NCBI GenBank assembly: GCA_030265395.1
Contig: JARFYF010000050.1
Span: 23,786,568-23,850,567 of the forward strand
Length of the DNA: 64,000 nt
Reading direction: 5' to 3'
DNA from: Rhina ancylostomus
Lineage: Eukaryota
The number at the start of each line of letters is the position of its first letter. Position 1 is the stretch's first letter. The position numbers and the translations under genes were made by a program. This document shows positions 48,661-61,757 of this stretch, in pieces. Under the pieces are notes generated by a model. The model was not told where the DNA came from. It searched no databases and saw only the letters and a program-made list of their open reading frames with translations.

Positions 48661-50369
48661 CTATCAACAGAGCAGAGCTGAAGCAAACTGTCTCAGAATG
48701 GCTAAATTTGAGGTAGATAGAGAAGTGTCCTCCTGATGCAAGATGGGTTACATTGCTCGCTGTTCAAATAGATTTGAGGCTCCCTTGTTCAGGTTGGATA
48801 GAAAAGAGCATTTTAGCATTTTATCTTTAATTTGAAGGATGGTAATACTGATGTACAAGTTTTTGATGAATACATGCAATGGTTAGTGTGCATTCTGCCT
48901 TTACTTCCAGCTCAGTTTTTTTATTCCTGTACTTGTGTTGCCATAATAATAGGTACTATAACTGAGTAGCATGACATAAAAGATGTAGTGAAGCAAAAAG
49001 TGAAAATTGCAACAATGACCAAGATCTTCTAATGAGCAAGGCAATAAATTTTTCAGCTTAATTTGTTTAAGGTGGCTGTTGTGAGTAATTATAAACTGGA
49101 GTATTGAACTCTTAACCTCCTAAGTGTGGAGCATTGATGCCTCTTCATATGCAAGAGCTTGTAGTTTAAAACAAATTGATTATTTGGTTTGTGTGTGTGT
49201 AATTCTAGGAAATTGAGTCAAATGCGTGGAGTTGGCAGTGTACAGCTGAAGCTTCTGTACTAACTACAGTGTCAGAGGAGTGGGCTCTGATGAATTTTCA
49301 AAACTCTGTGGTTCTGATTTTATTAACTAAGTGCATTTCCTTCTTCACCAGCAGTTGGTGTGGCCAATCAGGAGAGGGAAATACTATAAATGCCAACTTG
49401 ACTGGAAACCTAACTAAGCAGGCTTCCATCTTGCAAATTTCATCAAGAATCCTAAAAATGGTCAAGTCAAAAGTTTTTGGTATGTGCTCTGTGAGCCTGG
49501 GAGATTTGGCTCTGCTGATTCTGCTTCAAGTGTAGTGAGTAGACCACCCAGCAAGTCTGGCAGGGACTCCAGCTCTACAGAGGCACATGTTATTGGGGCA
49601 GTTTCATTGCTGGATCTTGACAGAAGAAGGCTTTTTTGTCTGAATTCATGGTTGACTTGAGTTTTGAACTTCACTTAATGGAGGCTCCTCCATCAGTCTC
49701 TGTGGCTCTTTGGAGCACAAAGCTTTTTTATCTTCTAATTTTAATACTTGTGTGCACTTTGGCACTGAATCAAAGCTGCCTGCCAGGCTCCTGGCTATTT
49801 CTACACATATACATTCCACCTCATTTCTCATCCTCCAAACTACAAAATAACAGCCAGATCTAAAATTCTAGGGAAAAAAGGTAAGGCTTTATGTCAGTGT
49901 TTACTCCAGGTATAAGTAATACAACTCTATTGCCCTACTGAAATCAGTGGGAGTGTGAGAAGCAGGTTTTGAAAAGAGAAACTTTGTACCATAATTATTG
50001 CTTTCTTGGCTTCATATCATGTTCAGAAGCTTCGAGCAGGTTGACTAATAGGCCACTTAGTATCAAAGAGCCTAACAGCACTGAAGGGGGCATTCAACCT
50101 GTTATGTTCATCCTGATTCTTTGAAGGTTTCTCAATTCAGTCCCACACCACAGACTTACCCATTAACCCTGCAAATTATTTCTCCCCCAAAACATGTGCA
50201 AATGCCCCTTGAAAGTTTCTGTGCAATCTCATTCTGCTGTCCTTTCAGGTCAGGTGTTCCAGATCGTAATAACCTTTTCTGCTGGGACACATTTAAATTC
50301 ATTTCTGAGTGAACAACTTCTATGCAAAATGTTCAAAATCTATGCACAGCTTTCAACTATTCAGTGTTT

Positions 50370-50870
50370 ATAATCCCCACTTTCACATGTTTTAACTTTG
50401 TTTTCAAGCTACAACTTCAATCTTGTCACCACTCTTCTGAGTTATCCCCTCACCTGCCTCTTTCCACCACAACACTGTACCATCAGTTTCCATCTCCTCG
50501 ACCATCTGATTCAGAAGCCCTTGTCTAAACCTTCACCAATATAAACGCTGCTGGACATTTAAGTTCAACCATGTGGTAACTCCAGCATCCAGCTCCGTCA
50601 CCCACAATCTGCAACTTTCCACTAGCTTATCAACCTGATTCTTACTGATATCCTTAAACACTCAGTCCTGCAGCATGTTGTTTTTAAGATTTTCCCCTTT
50701 GCTGATTTCCACCAGTACAGTATCTGCGAGCCCTGTCCAAACAATTCAGTCTTCTGAGATTTAGCTTGTCATGTTTTCCTTTTCTCTTCCACTGACATGG
50801 CCTTGTGCACTTTGACATTTAGTAAGGAATTCTCTTCCTCATTCCTGACTAAATGTCAGAAATCCATTCA
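50370..50870 (+). mobile_element. Highly decayed L2 3' fragment
   Basis: tctgattcagaagcccttgtc, ccagctccgtcacccaca and tttttaagattttcccc resemble the L2 AETLIHA / LQ.IQN / FKIL region. Confidence 0.45.
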
Positions 50871-51061
50871 AACCTTTTACATTTTGCCTCACCTTTTTTG
50901 GCCCATTGTCAAGCAGTGTCTGAATGAAAAATGGAATGACTGCATCTTTTAAGTTTGAGTGACTGCATCTTTTGCATGTTGAAGGATGCCAGTGTATTTT
51001 AAAGAAATCCTTCCTTAAGTCGAAATTTGTACTGAAAGCCAAAAAATGGCAGGGATTTGGG

Positions 51062-51221
51062 TATCTCTGTAACTGTAACACTATATTCTGTATTTTATTA
51101 TTACTTTTCCCTTGTGCTACCTCAATGTTGTGGTGTTTTGAAATGATCTGTATGATGGCGTGCAAAACAAAGTTTTTCACTGTGTCTCGGTACACATGAC
51201 AGTAATAAACCAATTATCAAT
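51062..51221 (+). mobile_element. Rex/Babar-type 3' UTR-only insertion
   Basis: tctctgtaactgtaacactatattctg..tttttcactgtgtctcggtacacatgacagtaataaacc, the same UTR as 1-335. Confidence 0.75.
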
Positions 51222-51570
51222 TACTGGCAGAGGTCAAGGCATATTTGCCCATTCTTAGTTGTCCAAGGAGATGTTTGAGATCACTGATGTCAAATTCAGT
51301 GAATGCTTCAAAGAGAACAGTTGCCAGTGAGAGACTGGAGTTGCATGTTGGCAGAAGTTGGCAGGGTAAGTAGTTTTCTTCAGACCTTAAATTAGTGAAC
51401 CAGTAGGGTTTTTTATGGCAGGCAGATTTGTGGCCTCTTACTAATACCAGCATTACAGTTCCAGAAATGTTTTAAAATGGAATTCAAATTTTCATTCTGA
51501 CCTATTGAGATCTAATCTTGTATTTGCTGAATTTATAACCTCCAAGTTTTAGATTTCTAGACAGTACCAA
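51222..51570 (-). mobile_element. Old tRNA-derived SINE (same family as 55660-55990)
   Basis: Reverse complement shares ctggttcactaat and a gggcaaatatgcc..ctgccag tail with the 55.7-kb copy. Confidence 0.55.
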
Positions 51571-52579
51571 ACAATATACTCCTGAATTCTTAAACAGATT
51601 GCAAGGGAATTTTGTAGTACTCTTGTCCTTGGTCCCAACCTGCCTAATATAATTAAAATACCTTTTAAAGGCCTCACTTTAGGACCATCACTTTAAACAG
51701 TAAATTGTGTTGAGCCACAGCACTGTCTCCCTAAGCATCTGAAGACTGAGTTTGTTTTTGGTCAGAAGCCAAATTGAAAGATCAAGCCTTATGGTTGAAG
51801 GATGAGATAAATGAATGCTCAATGTCAGGAGACAACAAGCTTCAGTTCTGAAAGTCTGAAGATTGCACCAGCAAGGAAAATCTGAGATAGATAAGAGGGC
51901 TACAGTTTGGAGCCTTGCAGAGAGTAGATGAGTTGAGTGGGAAACAGTATGAATCATTGATTTTCAATAAACCTTAGATGTAGGTGGGATAAAGTGAATG
52001 TAGGGATGTGTACTTTCTATTTCTCACAGCATCTGTGGAGAGTGCAGAGTAACTTTTTGTCTGACTGAGTGGCCTACCTACCTATTAGCGAAGCCCCATG
52101 ATTTTCTTTCCATTTATGTCAATCAGTGATTATAATAAGAGGCAGCTCCACTCTGCCAGATTAATATCAAGTAGCAATTATAAAATGTTTCCCATTAGAA
52201 TGACTCAGATGGCGAGAGAGGCGTTAGCTTAATATGTAGGAGTGTCTTCGTTATGAATCTGAGAACAGTGCTTGAAGAGCTTATTAAATCTGAAAGCCAG
52301 GTTCATGATTAGTGGTTTCATATCTAATCAGGTCTTTCAGGAGTTTTAAGTATTTATGAGAAAGGAAATTCTGGTGTGACACTTTAGGAAGCTTTTTGTT
52401 GAACAAATCTTTCCTTGATGTGGTGGCTTGCTCATTTCCATTGAGAAACCACATCATATTTTCAAAAATATCTATACTAAGTGTGACAGATGACCATGTG
52501 AGTAATTTACTATTTATTAGAAAAAAATCCAGCATACGAATGATTGGAGGAAAGCAGAGGGTATGCTTGACTTTAAATG

Positions 52580-52702
52580 CATTTGTGTGCAAATTATTCG
52601 TCACATTTCTGATGTTACAAAAGTAGCTTTCTTTAAAATGACTTCAGCTGTTGTAGACCACAATAGGGCTTCTAAATAGTCCTATATAAATGCAAGTCTT
52701 TG
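52580..52702 (+). mobile_element. Deu-SINE 3' remnant
   Basis: gtgtgcaaatt..cacatttc..ttacaa..ctatataaatgcaagtcttt. Confidence 0.5.
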
Positions 52703-53435
52703 CAATGCTGTCAGTGAAATTCTCTGACAGTGTAGACTTAAATCTTGGTAGTTGTTTCCTGCTACACGTATTGCTGATCGGTGATGTGGAGTGACTTAAT
52801 GAAGACCAGTGAAAGGTTTGCTTTCAGTACATTACACAGATGTAATCTCAAATGGGTAGGGCAGTGCATTTGTCTGAGAGGAAGACACTGTAATTATTGA
52901 GCTTCACAAGGATGCCACCTGATAACAGGCATTTCAGATTAGATTTAGCATTTTGTGATTCAAACCAGAAATGGTCTCTGCCCTGATAGCCTGGGAACAT
53001 CTGTGTTCTAGAAATCCTGATACTAGAGTTGTCCAGTTGAGAAGGATTGACCCCATGATTGTTGGACTTTGGAAAAGATCTGGAAAGTGGCTTTTTTGTA
53101 GGGAGTGATCAGAGAAACACTGATAAAAGTTCCCCTGGATTTTAATACCACCTGCATTTCAAAGAAGCTCATTCCACATTAATTGCTTTGGGTATTTCTA
53201 AAACATGTGATTAGATGTTATATTAATTGTAAGCTTTCTTATAATATGCAGAAGCAAATGGCCAACGCAATTAGTTTTCAGGTGATGGTTGACTGGAGAG
53301 AGAAGGAAAACAATCAGGAGAGTAGTTTAACTAAATTGGGACAAGCTCGGATTTGGATGAGATTCAAAAGGCAGTTTACAGGAGAAGATGGAGATTCTCT
53401 TAACATTCTTGACCTTACAGATGGCATTAACCCAA

Positions 53436-53630
53436 CATAGAGTTATACAGCATGGAAACAGGCCCTTCAGCCCAATTTGTCCATGCCGACCAAGATGCCC
53501 ATCTAATCTAGTCCCATTTGTCTCCTTTTGACCCATATCCCTCTGACCCTGTCCTACCCATGTACCTGTCCAAGTGTCTTTTAAATGTTGCTATTGTACC
53601 TGCCTCAGTCACTTCCTCTGTGAGCTCATT
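53436..53630 (-). mobile_element. CR1 LINE 3' tail
   Basis: catagagttatacagcatggaaacaggcccttcagccca..tacccatgtacctgtccaagtgtcttttaaatgttg. Confidence 0.8.
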
Positions 53631-55659
53631 TCAACATTTGGGAGCAAAATGAAAAGCTGAAGTGCTCATAACCATTTGCAGCCAAAGTTGATTCTTCCTT
53701 GCTTGGTCCTGAGGTCTCCAATTTGTATTTAACATCATGTCCTAGCTGAATATCCCAGGCACACAAAGACACTGGCCACCAAAAATATCCTGGCTGTATT
53801 GATCAAGAACTACACTCCAGAATTGGTTATGCCCACAACTGTGCTGTTCCAAATGGCATTGGCATCAACTCTATATTGTGGAAACTTGCTTGGGTATGAT
53901 CTGTCAACAGAAAGGACACAACCAAACCAGCCAATTACCATGCTCAAAGCCTGCCCTCACTCATCAGCAGTGATAGAAGAACTACTTCTACTAAAACTAC
54001 TAATATTTTTCAAGCACTACTTGCTCATAACTAACTGCTCACCGCTATTCAGTCTTGGTTCTATCAGTCCCACTCATTGGAATAATGGTTCAAACATGCA
54101 TAGATACTGAGTTCCAGATGTGCGTGACTGTTCTTGACCCCAAGGTAACAATGAAAATGGGAGGTATGACATGTTCCTGATGGCCTCCGCCAGCTATAGG
54201 AACCAAGGAAGATGGTGAACAAAAAGCCATTTAGACTTGGAAATTATGTGCAGTCATTCCTTCATTGTGGTTGGACAAGATTTCTAGTGCTGGAGACACA
54301 AGAGACTGCAGAATCTGGATCAAAAAATTCTAGTATTCCCTGCTTAACAGCACAGTAAACATCCCTTCACCAAAGGGTCTGCAGCATGTTCAGAAGGTCC
54401 ACCACTGCCTTCTAGAGGGCACCTTGGGATTAGCAGTAAATTTTGACCTTGTCAGTGATGCCCAGATTTTGAGAATGTTCGAATGTACTAACATTGAAAT
54501 ACGTTCTGATATTTTAAACTTTACAGAGGAGGAGATTGAGATTTTTCTTGGTCTGGCACACCAGATGGTTGGAATATTCAGGAAGTGTGCAAAGTGGAAG
54601 ATATAATTAAAAATCTGGATGCACCAAGAGTAAATAAAACCTGATGGTTTGATTTGCTTCAGGAACCAAAAGAGGAAAGGGGGAGGACCTGGCAAACCCT
54701 TCTGTAACTTGTGATGTGAGAAGGAAAACAAGGATTGACTGTTTACCAATTCTCATTTTGCTTGTAAGGAGAGAGAGAGAGAAATAGAGAGAGAAGGCAG
54801 TGAATATAATTGAGTGAATCTGTGCTGAACTTTGGAATACCCTTCTTCTGATTTTAGTCCCCATATCTAGTTTGGATTCTTCAAACCTTTCAGCATTTAA
54901 GTTGCTGCACTTATTTTACAAACACTGTATTTACCTGACACATTCAAAGCACACTGGATAAAATCCACCTGGATCTGAAAAAAAAACTAATCCCATCTGA
55001 AAGTGGGATTAATAAACAAAATTGCAATTAAATTTGAGAAGGTGGTATGCATACACTAAGATTTCTTAGCAGAGAAATTCACAGATTTTTGGATGTTAAA
55101 ACATTGATGCATGGCTCTTGAACTCTCCTTTAAAGGATCATGAAATTTGAAAAATAGCATTGTCAGGATTGTTGGTGTTACACCACTGTTTCAGGAATAT
55201 AGGTATTACTGGCTGATTTTCTCACTGTCACCAACACTTAGACATACAATCAGAAGCTCATTAGACAGCCCTTAAAGCTGCAAGCACTCGACACAGCAGT
55301 TTACTGGTCCCTGCTGTTTACTTGACTGTAGCTGCGTCAGTCCTGTGGGCAGCATGTGTGCTCCTGGTTTATTAACGAAGAATTCTGGAGCATTTACTGG
55401 AGGAGGGATGTCTTCTCTTCAAAACAGTCACCCTGACAAATGCCTTCCAGGGCTGAAGCCGGGAGCTGTTGGCAGGGAGGGATCACTGATGACAAGAGTG
55501 CAACCTTTGAATGCCTGCACTTTGGAAGATTACTGTGTACATTCAGCCATTACATGGTGTAGTAGATGATGAAGTGTGGACTGAAGTGTCACTGTGTGGA
55601 CATCACATTTGTTCATTAAAAAATAAAATCTATTATTCTCTATCTTACAATTAATTATA

Positions 55660-55990
55660 ATAACATATCTAGAGGCCTCAGCAGGTATTTCAGAGACGAG
55701 TTCAAATCCCACTGCTTTCTGGGTGTTTAAAACCAGTTAACTAAACAAATCTGAAATAAAAAGCCAGTATCAGTAAAACTGAAACCAGCTGGTTCACTAA
55801 TGTTCTTCAATGAGGAGGGCTGTCACTCATAAATGGTCTGAGCTATACGCTACATCAGAGCCACTCAGCAATGTGGCTGACTTCTAACAGCTCTTTGAAT
55901 TGGCCTAACGAGCCACTCAACTTGTGGTCATTCAGGAATGGGCATTACATACTGGTCTTCCTGGTGCCAGCTGCATCTTATGAATGAGGA
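55660..55990 (+). mobile_element. Old tRNA-derived SINE with LINE-derived tail
   Basis: B-box gagttcaaatcccac, core ctggttcactaatg and cagcaatgtggctgac, and tail aggaatgggcattacatactggtcttcctggtgcc similar to the 30.6/54.4-kb LINE end. Confidence 0.6.
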
Positions 55991-57025
55991 TTTGTCCTTT
56001 ATGATGCTTACAGAAATTGTGTAGTCATTTAAGTAGGCACAGGCACGCAGATTAAGTACATGCTGGACCTGGTTAAATAGATTCACCGAAATTCAGCAAA
56101 TGGGTAATGATGTGCAAGTTTTGAATTATCATGATTTGATACATTCTTTGTAGTTCTTCCAAACATATGATGAAGGACCAGTATGAATTAAAATTAGCTT
56201 AGGTGATAAAAGAAGATGTTGCTACATATTATGTCCTGGAGAAAATAATTTTAGTATAATGTGCATCATCTGCATTTGCTTTATTTTTTAGTTATAAAAC
56301 CTGAGAAACAATTGCATAGGCATGGTGCAGTACATTCATTTATATACTTGGGTTGTTAAGGCATGAAATTCTTTCATTATTTTCCATTGGATATTTAACA
56401 AGGGGGCTTTCAATTAGCTACCCACAGATTTCCCTTAATAATCGAGGTTCCACTGTAGGTATTTCAGGAGAAAGTTCACCATTAATCTTGCCTGCTAATC
56501 GGACAAGTGCTCTATTAAATTCTGCACCATTTACTGGATAATTAAACAAACCGTTTTGCCAATTTTTCTTTTCTAAACTGTGGAGAGAAAAGAATGGCAC
56601 TAGGAGACTGATTCTGAGGTTTAATGTATGATATTTGCAATTAAAGTGGTTTCATTTAGTTCAAGGTGACTTGATTTGTGTTGTTCTCTGCAAAATGGAT
56701 CCATACAAATTTCTGCCCAATGATTTTCCAATCAAATGTTCTCTAATATGTGGAATTTAGCTGTACAGATACTTGTTTTTATTTGCATACACTCGAAGGA
56801 ATTGGTTGAAACAGCACATTAAAGTGGAGCTGCACAGGAGGTCTGTCATAGTTTCAGGCAGTGCCCCTAAAGCATTGTATGAAAGAACAGATATACAGTA
56901 ACACAATTTAGGCAAAGACTTGCCTTTCTTCAACTCATTCTGTCATAGTGGACTGGGGAAGAGATGGTTCAGCGAGGGGATTGGACCTGGATTTGATTTG
57001 GGAGTGGGGGTGGGCAGGAGGGAGG

Positions 57026-57029
<4 letters not shown>

Positions 57030-57064
<35 letters not shown>
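57030..57064. repeat. (GA)n microsatellite preceded by (GGGA)n
   Basis: About 17 GA units read directly. Confidence 0.95.
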
Positions 57065-57066
<2 letters not shown>

Positions 57067-58839
57067 GTGGATGGGTGTGGTCAGTGCCATTAGCCGATGT
57101 GATCAGAAACAAAAAATGTGGTGTCAATATGACTGCAGATATATTGGGCTGATTAAAGATAAGCTGATAGTGGTGGTGGGTGCATGGCCAAGTGATATAC
57201 TGGCATCCAGCTGGTAGTGGGATTAAAGTTTGTGATTAAGCTACAGTTTAGTGCATGTTGGGGTGGGGAAGTAGGGAATGTAAAGTTAGTGGGCGTAGAT
57301 ACCAAAAATTGTAGTCCTAGAAGGACCCACATGAAGAATGAAGGATTTAATAGACTCTTTACAGCTGGCCAGATAGGTTTGGACCACCTAAAACTAAGAC
57401 CAAAGCAGTCCTCGGATCTCCAGTTTGGTTTGCACTGCTTGCCGACTGAGTGATGTCACTGAATGTGCTGGATACACGGAAGACCTGGGTGGAATTTGCA
57501 AAAAGTATGCTGCACATGTACAAAGGACCTGAATGGTCTCGGATAAACATCACTGTTGCTGCATAAAAAAGCTTTGACTGTGCAATGGTGCCATAAATCT
57601 ATCTTTGGAAATCTAACATGAAGGATGGAAATTAATGCAAACCAGAAATGTTTCATCATTGAAGTAAATTTGACTGCAGAAAAATGATCAAATCATAAAT
57701 ACATGTGTGTCATTTCTTACAGAACTGGTTCTAAAATAATTAGAAGTTCTGCACCATTCTTTTATGTCGTTATATCAATAATTTCATATTATCATAACAT
57801 AAAAGACCATTTCATGTGACATAGCATTCCTCATACCTTTTTCCCAGAATTGTTCCCTAGTGAATGTAGGCAGCTGGTGTTATTACCATTAAACTTGACA
57901 AGAATCCTGAAGATAAATAACCATTTTATTGAAAGCAGCTTATTATGGATCAAAATCTTTGGCTTTTAAAGATGTGCATCTTTATTATTGCAGGGAACAC
58001 CATATAAATCCATGGTGGAAGAGATTCACATATTTTATTCAGTGTAAAAAAAATATCTGTGGTGAAGAGTCAGAGGTGATGTCAGGAAATTGATATTCTT
58101 TTAACAGCCTTAACAACCTCTCAATTTTTAAACCCAAAAGGAAATTGTGGAGAAATCTATTTGCTGTGGTGAAGAGGGTGGAGGGGAAGTAGAATGGAGT
58201 TAGCCTAAGGGGTCTGCTACTCTGCTGTCAGCCCCACCTAACATTCTTTTATACTGCAGTCCTACTTCTGATTTTGAGCCCTTTTTGTTTCTTGCTTGAA
58301 GAACAATGATTTCTGTGTGCTGCAGGAATCTGTGTTTAATGCTGTATTAATTCATTAGTTTACAGCTAAGTATGTTAAAGCCGTTGTGCTGTTGCACAAC
58401 CTGAAAACCAATGGAGAAGAGGAATATCTGGGTGTGGGGGTGGTGGCTTGTTTTTTGGGGATTAATTGTGTGGCGTATAGGGTACATGTGAATCACTTGT
58501 ACCACTACAGACCAATAATAAACACTTCCATCGCTGATACAGTCTAATTTCAACTTGTCAGCAGGGGTAGGCGCAAAGGGGAGCAAGCAGGGGCACAGGC
58601 CTTCTCAATACTTGTCGAAAAATAGCATGACGTTACGGGATGGGGTGTGCACACAGTCAGCCTATATCTTTAAAGATCAACTGTGTGTCCCTCCAGCACC
58701 TGGCAGATTTGAATCCCTGTGCACACACCTGCTTGTCAGGGTTCCCGAGGACCGAGATTCCTGATCTCATTGAGTTCAAAGTGCTGTTACAATGGAGGTT
58801 CACAATGGAGGTTCACTATCTCCTTGCAATACTTTAGTG

Positions 58840-59426
58840 TGTTGGATCCAGTTATTTATGAATCCACAGGTTCTTTCAGGAGTCCAGGAATGGGTTGAAA
58901 ACAACTTGGTGCTTCGCAAAGTTTTATTGGAAAGTTTAAAACAAAGAAACAGTCACAGAGCACATGACACTGGCTTTGATGAGCCAAGACAAAGGGAACA
59001 AAAGATGTTCAGGGGGCAGGAAGAGCAAGAGAGAGATTAACAAAAAGCGATACCTTTTATACCTGAGATAAGAGATGCTCTTTAGCTAACAATAGTCCAA
59101 TCAGGAAACCTATTAGATACTTGTGGCCNNNNNNNNNNNNNNNNNNNNNNNNNNNNNNNNNNNNNNNNNNNNNNNNNNNNNNNNNNNNNNNNNNNNNNNN
59201 NNNNNNNNNNNNNNNNNNNNNNNNNNNNGAGATGCTCTTTAGCTAACAATAGTCCAATCAGGAAACCTATTAGATACTTGTGGCCAAACCAACCAATGAA
59301 AAAAACACATGTTCACCTGATGGACGAACTATTAAGCTAGTAAGTGGCCATTCCTTGTGCAGCCACTGGAAGTGTATTAAACACAATACATGTTAAAAAA
59401 ACTAATTAAAACAGTCGAATCTAACA
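58840..59426 (-). mobile_element. Probable solo LTR (ERV/LTR retroelement), antisense to the host gene
   Basis: TG...CA ends with 10-bp imperfect inverted repeats (TGTTGGATCC versus the reverse complement TGTTAGATTC). On -, CCAAT-type boxes, TATAAAA (59061-59055) and AATAAA (58928-58923) occur in LTR order. Only 3 bp (GTG) are shared by the flanks. Confidence 0.6.
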
Positions 59427-61621
59427 GTGGCTGATCCATCTCCTGAGAGCAGATTGGATTCATGCTCAGTCACTTGGCATCCTACCCTCCCTGTCTCCTG
59501 AGGGTAGATTGGTCACCTGCTCCTATTGAAACGTGAAGTGGGTGGGTTTGGGAACTGTTATACTTTTGTACTGACCTAACACAACAAGGTGAGAAATGGA
59601 TGACAGATGCAACATAACCCATCCTTCTCCTGGCAGGTAGAACTTTACCTTAACCCACTGTTTTTACATAAAGGTTTGATATTTTCCAGAGGGGAATGCT
59701 CGTGGGCCACCCCCCCTCCCACCCACCCAGTCAATGCAAAACAAATCCTAAGGTATTTGGATTATTCCTTGCATCTTTTTAGTGCAGGCCTGAACCTACT
59801 GCTTAGCAATAGCTCGTTTCCTAGGTTGTTGCTTATTAGGAAAGTAAATATATTGGTGCTCTTCAGGTACCTAAGGATGATTTATGATGGACTCAGAATT
59901 GAGTTAATGAAGAACAAGTTGACTTATTCTTTGAAGCCACTTATATCTGTCAGTCTCTCATGCACAGGACCACATGTGAGACAATGCATTCAAATCTTTG
60001 AATACACAGTCGTTGATTACTCTCATGGATGTGGAATGCAGACGTGATTTGGAACGGTGGAATCTGATCAATTGGTTCATGCTCTGATTCTGCACAATGA
60101 ATGCAATTTGGCTAATTTTGTGTTTTTGTTTAATGATACAGCTATCAGTGGTTCAGCTTAATGTTTATAAATGTCACAAACTCTGAGGGAGCTAGATTTT
60201 ATCAGGGTTAAACAGGAAGTTTTATACCAGTGACATCATTGACTCTGATGTTGTGCTTTCAGCCTCTACACTTGTGCAAGGAACTTGAGTGGTGACAGGT
60301 CAGGATTCCAAATTTGAATATATGGCCAAGGCCAAAATGAGATATGATCAATATGTCTGTAATTGAGGCATCTTACAAACAATAAATGACCACATTGACC
60401 CACAGCACAGGTGTATCATCATAATCTCCTCCATAAGTTGAGCCACCCTGCAAAGATCTCTCATTGTTGTCATGTGTTTTCTAATAAAGCATGTGCTACT
60501 CCTTTGGCAATTTATTGGTGATTTGTACAAGGTTCTCGCCACCTCTTTGGATTTTCACCAGTTTTTAAAACCTAGGATGTTGCCTTTAAATTGCTTATAA
60601 ATCCTTCTCCTCTTCCACAACATCAGTGAGGAGATACTTCCAACAGTTAGTTGGCGACAATCTATGAGCACACTGGAAGTTGTTTTAAAAAATCTAACCT
60701 TTCCTGAAGACCATTCTGCATCAGGCATATGTTCTTTGTGGCCATCAGGTACCCCTTTTAGTTCACTTTGTTTTCTCACCAATAACTCTGCTACTTGTCA
60801 TGTATTCTTGCTTTCTAATTAAATGTGCTTGCATTTTCATTTCAGTTCTGTGCTCTATTCTGCAGTTTTGCTGAGTTGTTTTTATTTCTGTTATCTTGGA
60901 GTAGGCTTTTCCTGTCTGACATTATTGGAATTCCTCTGCTTTACAAACGTAGATCTATGGGTGCCAGGCACATGCAGCAAATGAGCATTACCCTTCGTTC
61001 ATCAGTTGCCAGCATTTAGGGATTACACTTAATCTCATGGATAAATAGGTATTCTTGGCAATTTGAGTGAAAATCCAATGCAATCCTCTTAAAAGAGAGA
61101 TTTGTTTTTTGTTTTCTTTGAATACTTTTGAATATTGATTATGATGGTGTTTGAAGGAGCAGGGAATGTGATTGACAATTAATGCCAGGAAATCAGATGA
61201 TGAAACTTCCAAGAATATTTCCAACAAGATCAGGCAAATCTCCTGGTACAGTACCCACAGGTCTTCTTGTGGAAATGTGCTGTGCAGCCTATCAGAAAGA
61301 ACTGGGGCTTCTTGCCCTAATTCAGAGAGTTTGTGGTGCCTCAGATCCTGAATAGAAGAGAGTGAATATTTGTGCATGTTAAGTGATATCTTGAGAAAAA
61401 CAAGCTAAACTGGACTAAATTTATTTCTCAGAATTAGGAGGGGATTAGCCTCATTGTTCCCTTGCATATGATCTGTAAAGTTTCTTAACTGACAGTGTTC
61501 AAGGGTGGAGTGAAAGTCTATCCCATTAAGTTCATCTCATGGATCATCTCAGTGAAACAATGCTGCAACTGTGTCTGTGCACATTTAGCTTACTTCATGA
61601 ATTATTTCTCTTTACTTTTAG

Positions 61622-61757
61622 GGCTTTGAATATAATCTTGGTTTTCCAGTCCAAGAATCAAAGATATTTAAGGATAGGCCTGGCAATCCCGCTCCTTGGA
61701 ACTGTTGCAGCACTTCGAAAAATGGTGGCAGACGAGGGAAAAGTGACTCCAGATCAG
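61622..61757 (+). CDS. USP43: USP43-like internal coding exon B (136 bp)
   Basis: Acceptor tttctctttacttttAG at 61620-61621. The first G completes the phase-2 Arg codon from exon A. Reads ALNIILVFQSKNQRYLRIGLAIPLLGTVAALRKMVADEGKVTPDQ. Donor CAG|GTACAG, phase 0. Confidence 0.92.

Larger units (their letters stand above)
5892..61621 (+). other. USP43: 55,730-bp GT-AG intron between exons A and B (includes N gaps)
   Basis: GT at 5892 and AG at 61620-61621. Flanking exons join in frame (LRQT-R-ALNII) with no intervening USP43 sequence expected. Confidence 0.8.

Noticed and set aside
58789-58816. 13-bp tandem duplication (caatggaggttca x2)
   Set aside because: Ordinary local slippage; only two units and no spacers.
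59072-59285. Perfect 57-bp direct repeat (CRISPR-like or enhancer duplication)
   Set aside because: The copies directly flank a 100-N gap, typical of an unresolved overlap. A real LTR tandem repeat cannot be excluded but is unsupported.
59607-61377. 146-aa (+) and 129-aa (-) ORFs as a possible nested gene
   Set aside because: No recognisable domain, no convincing splice structure, and composition like random AT-rich DNA.
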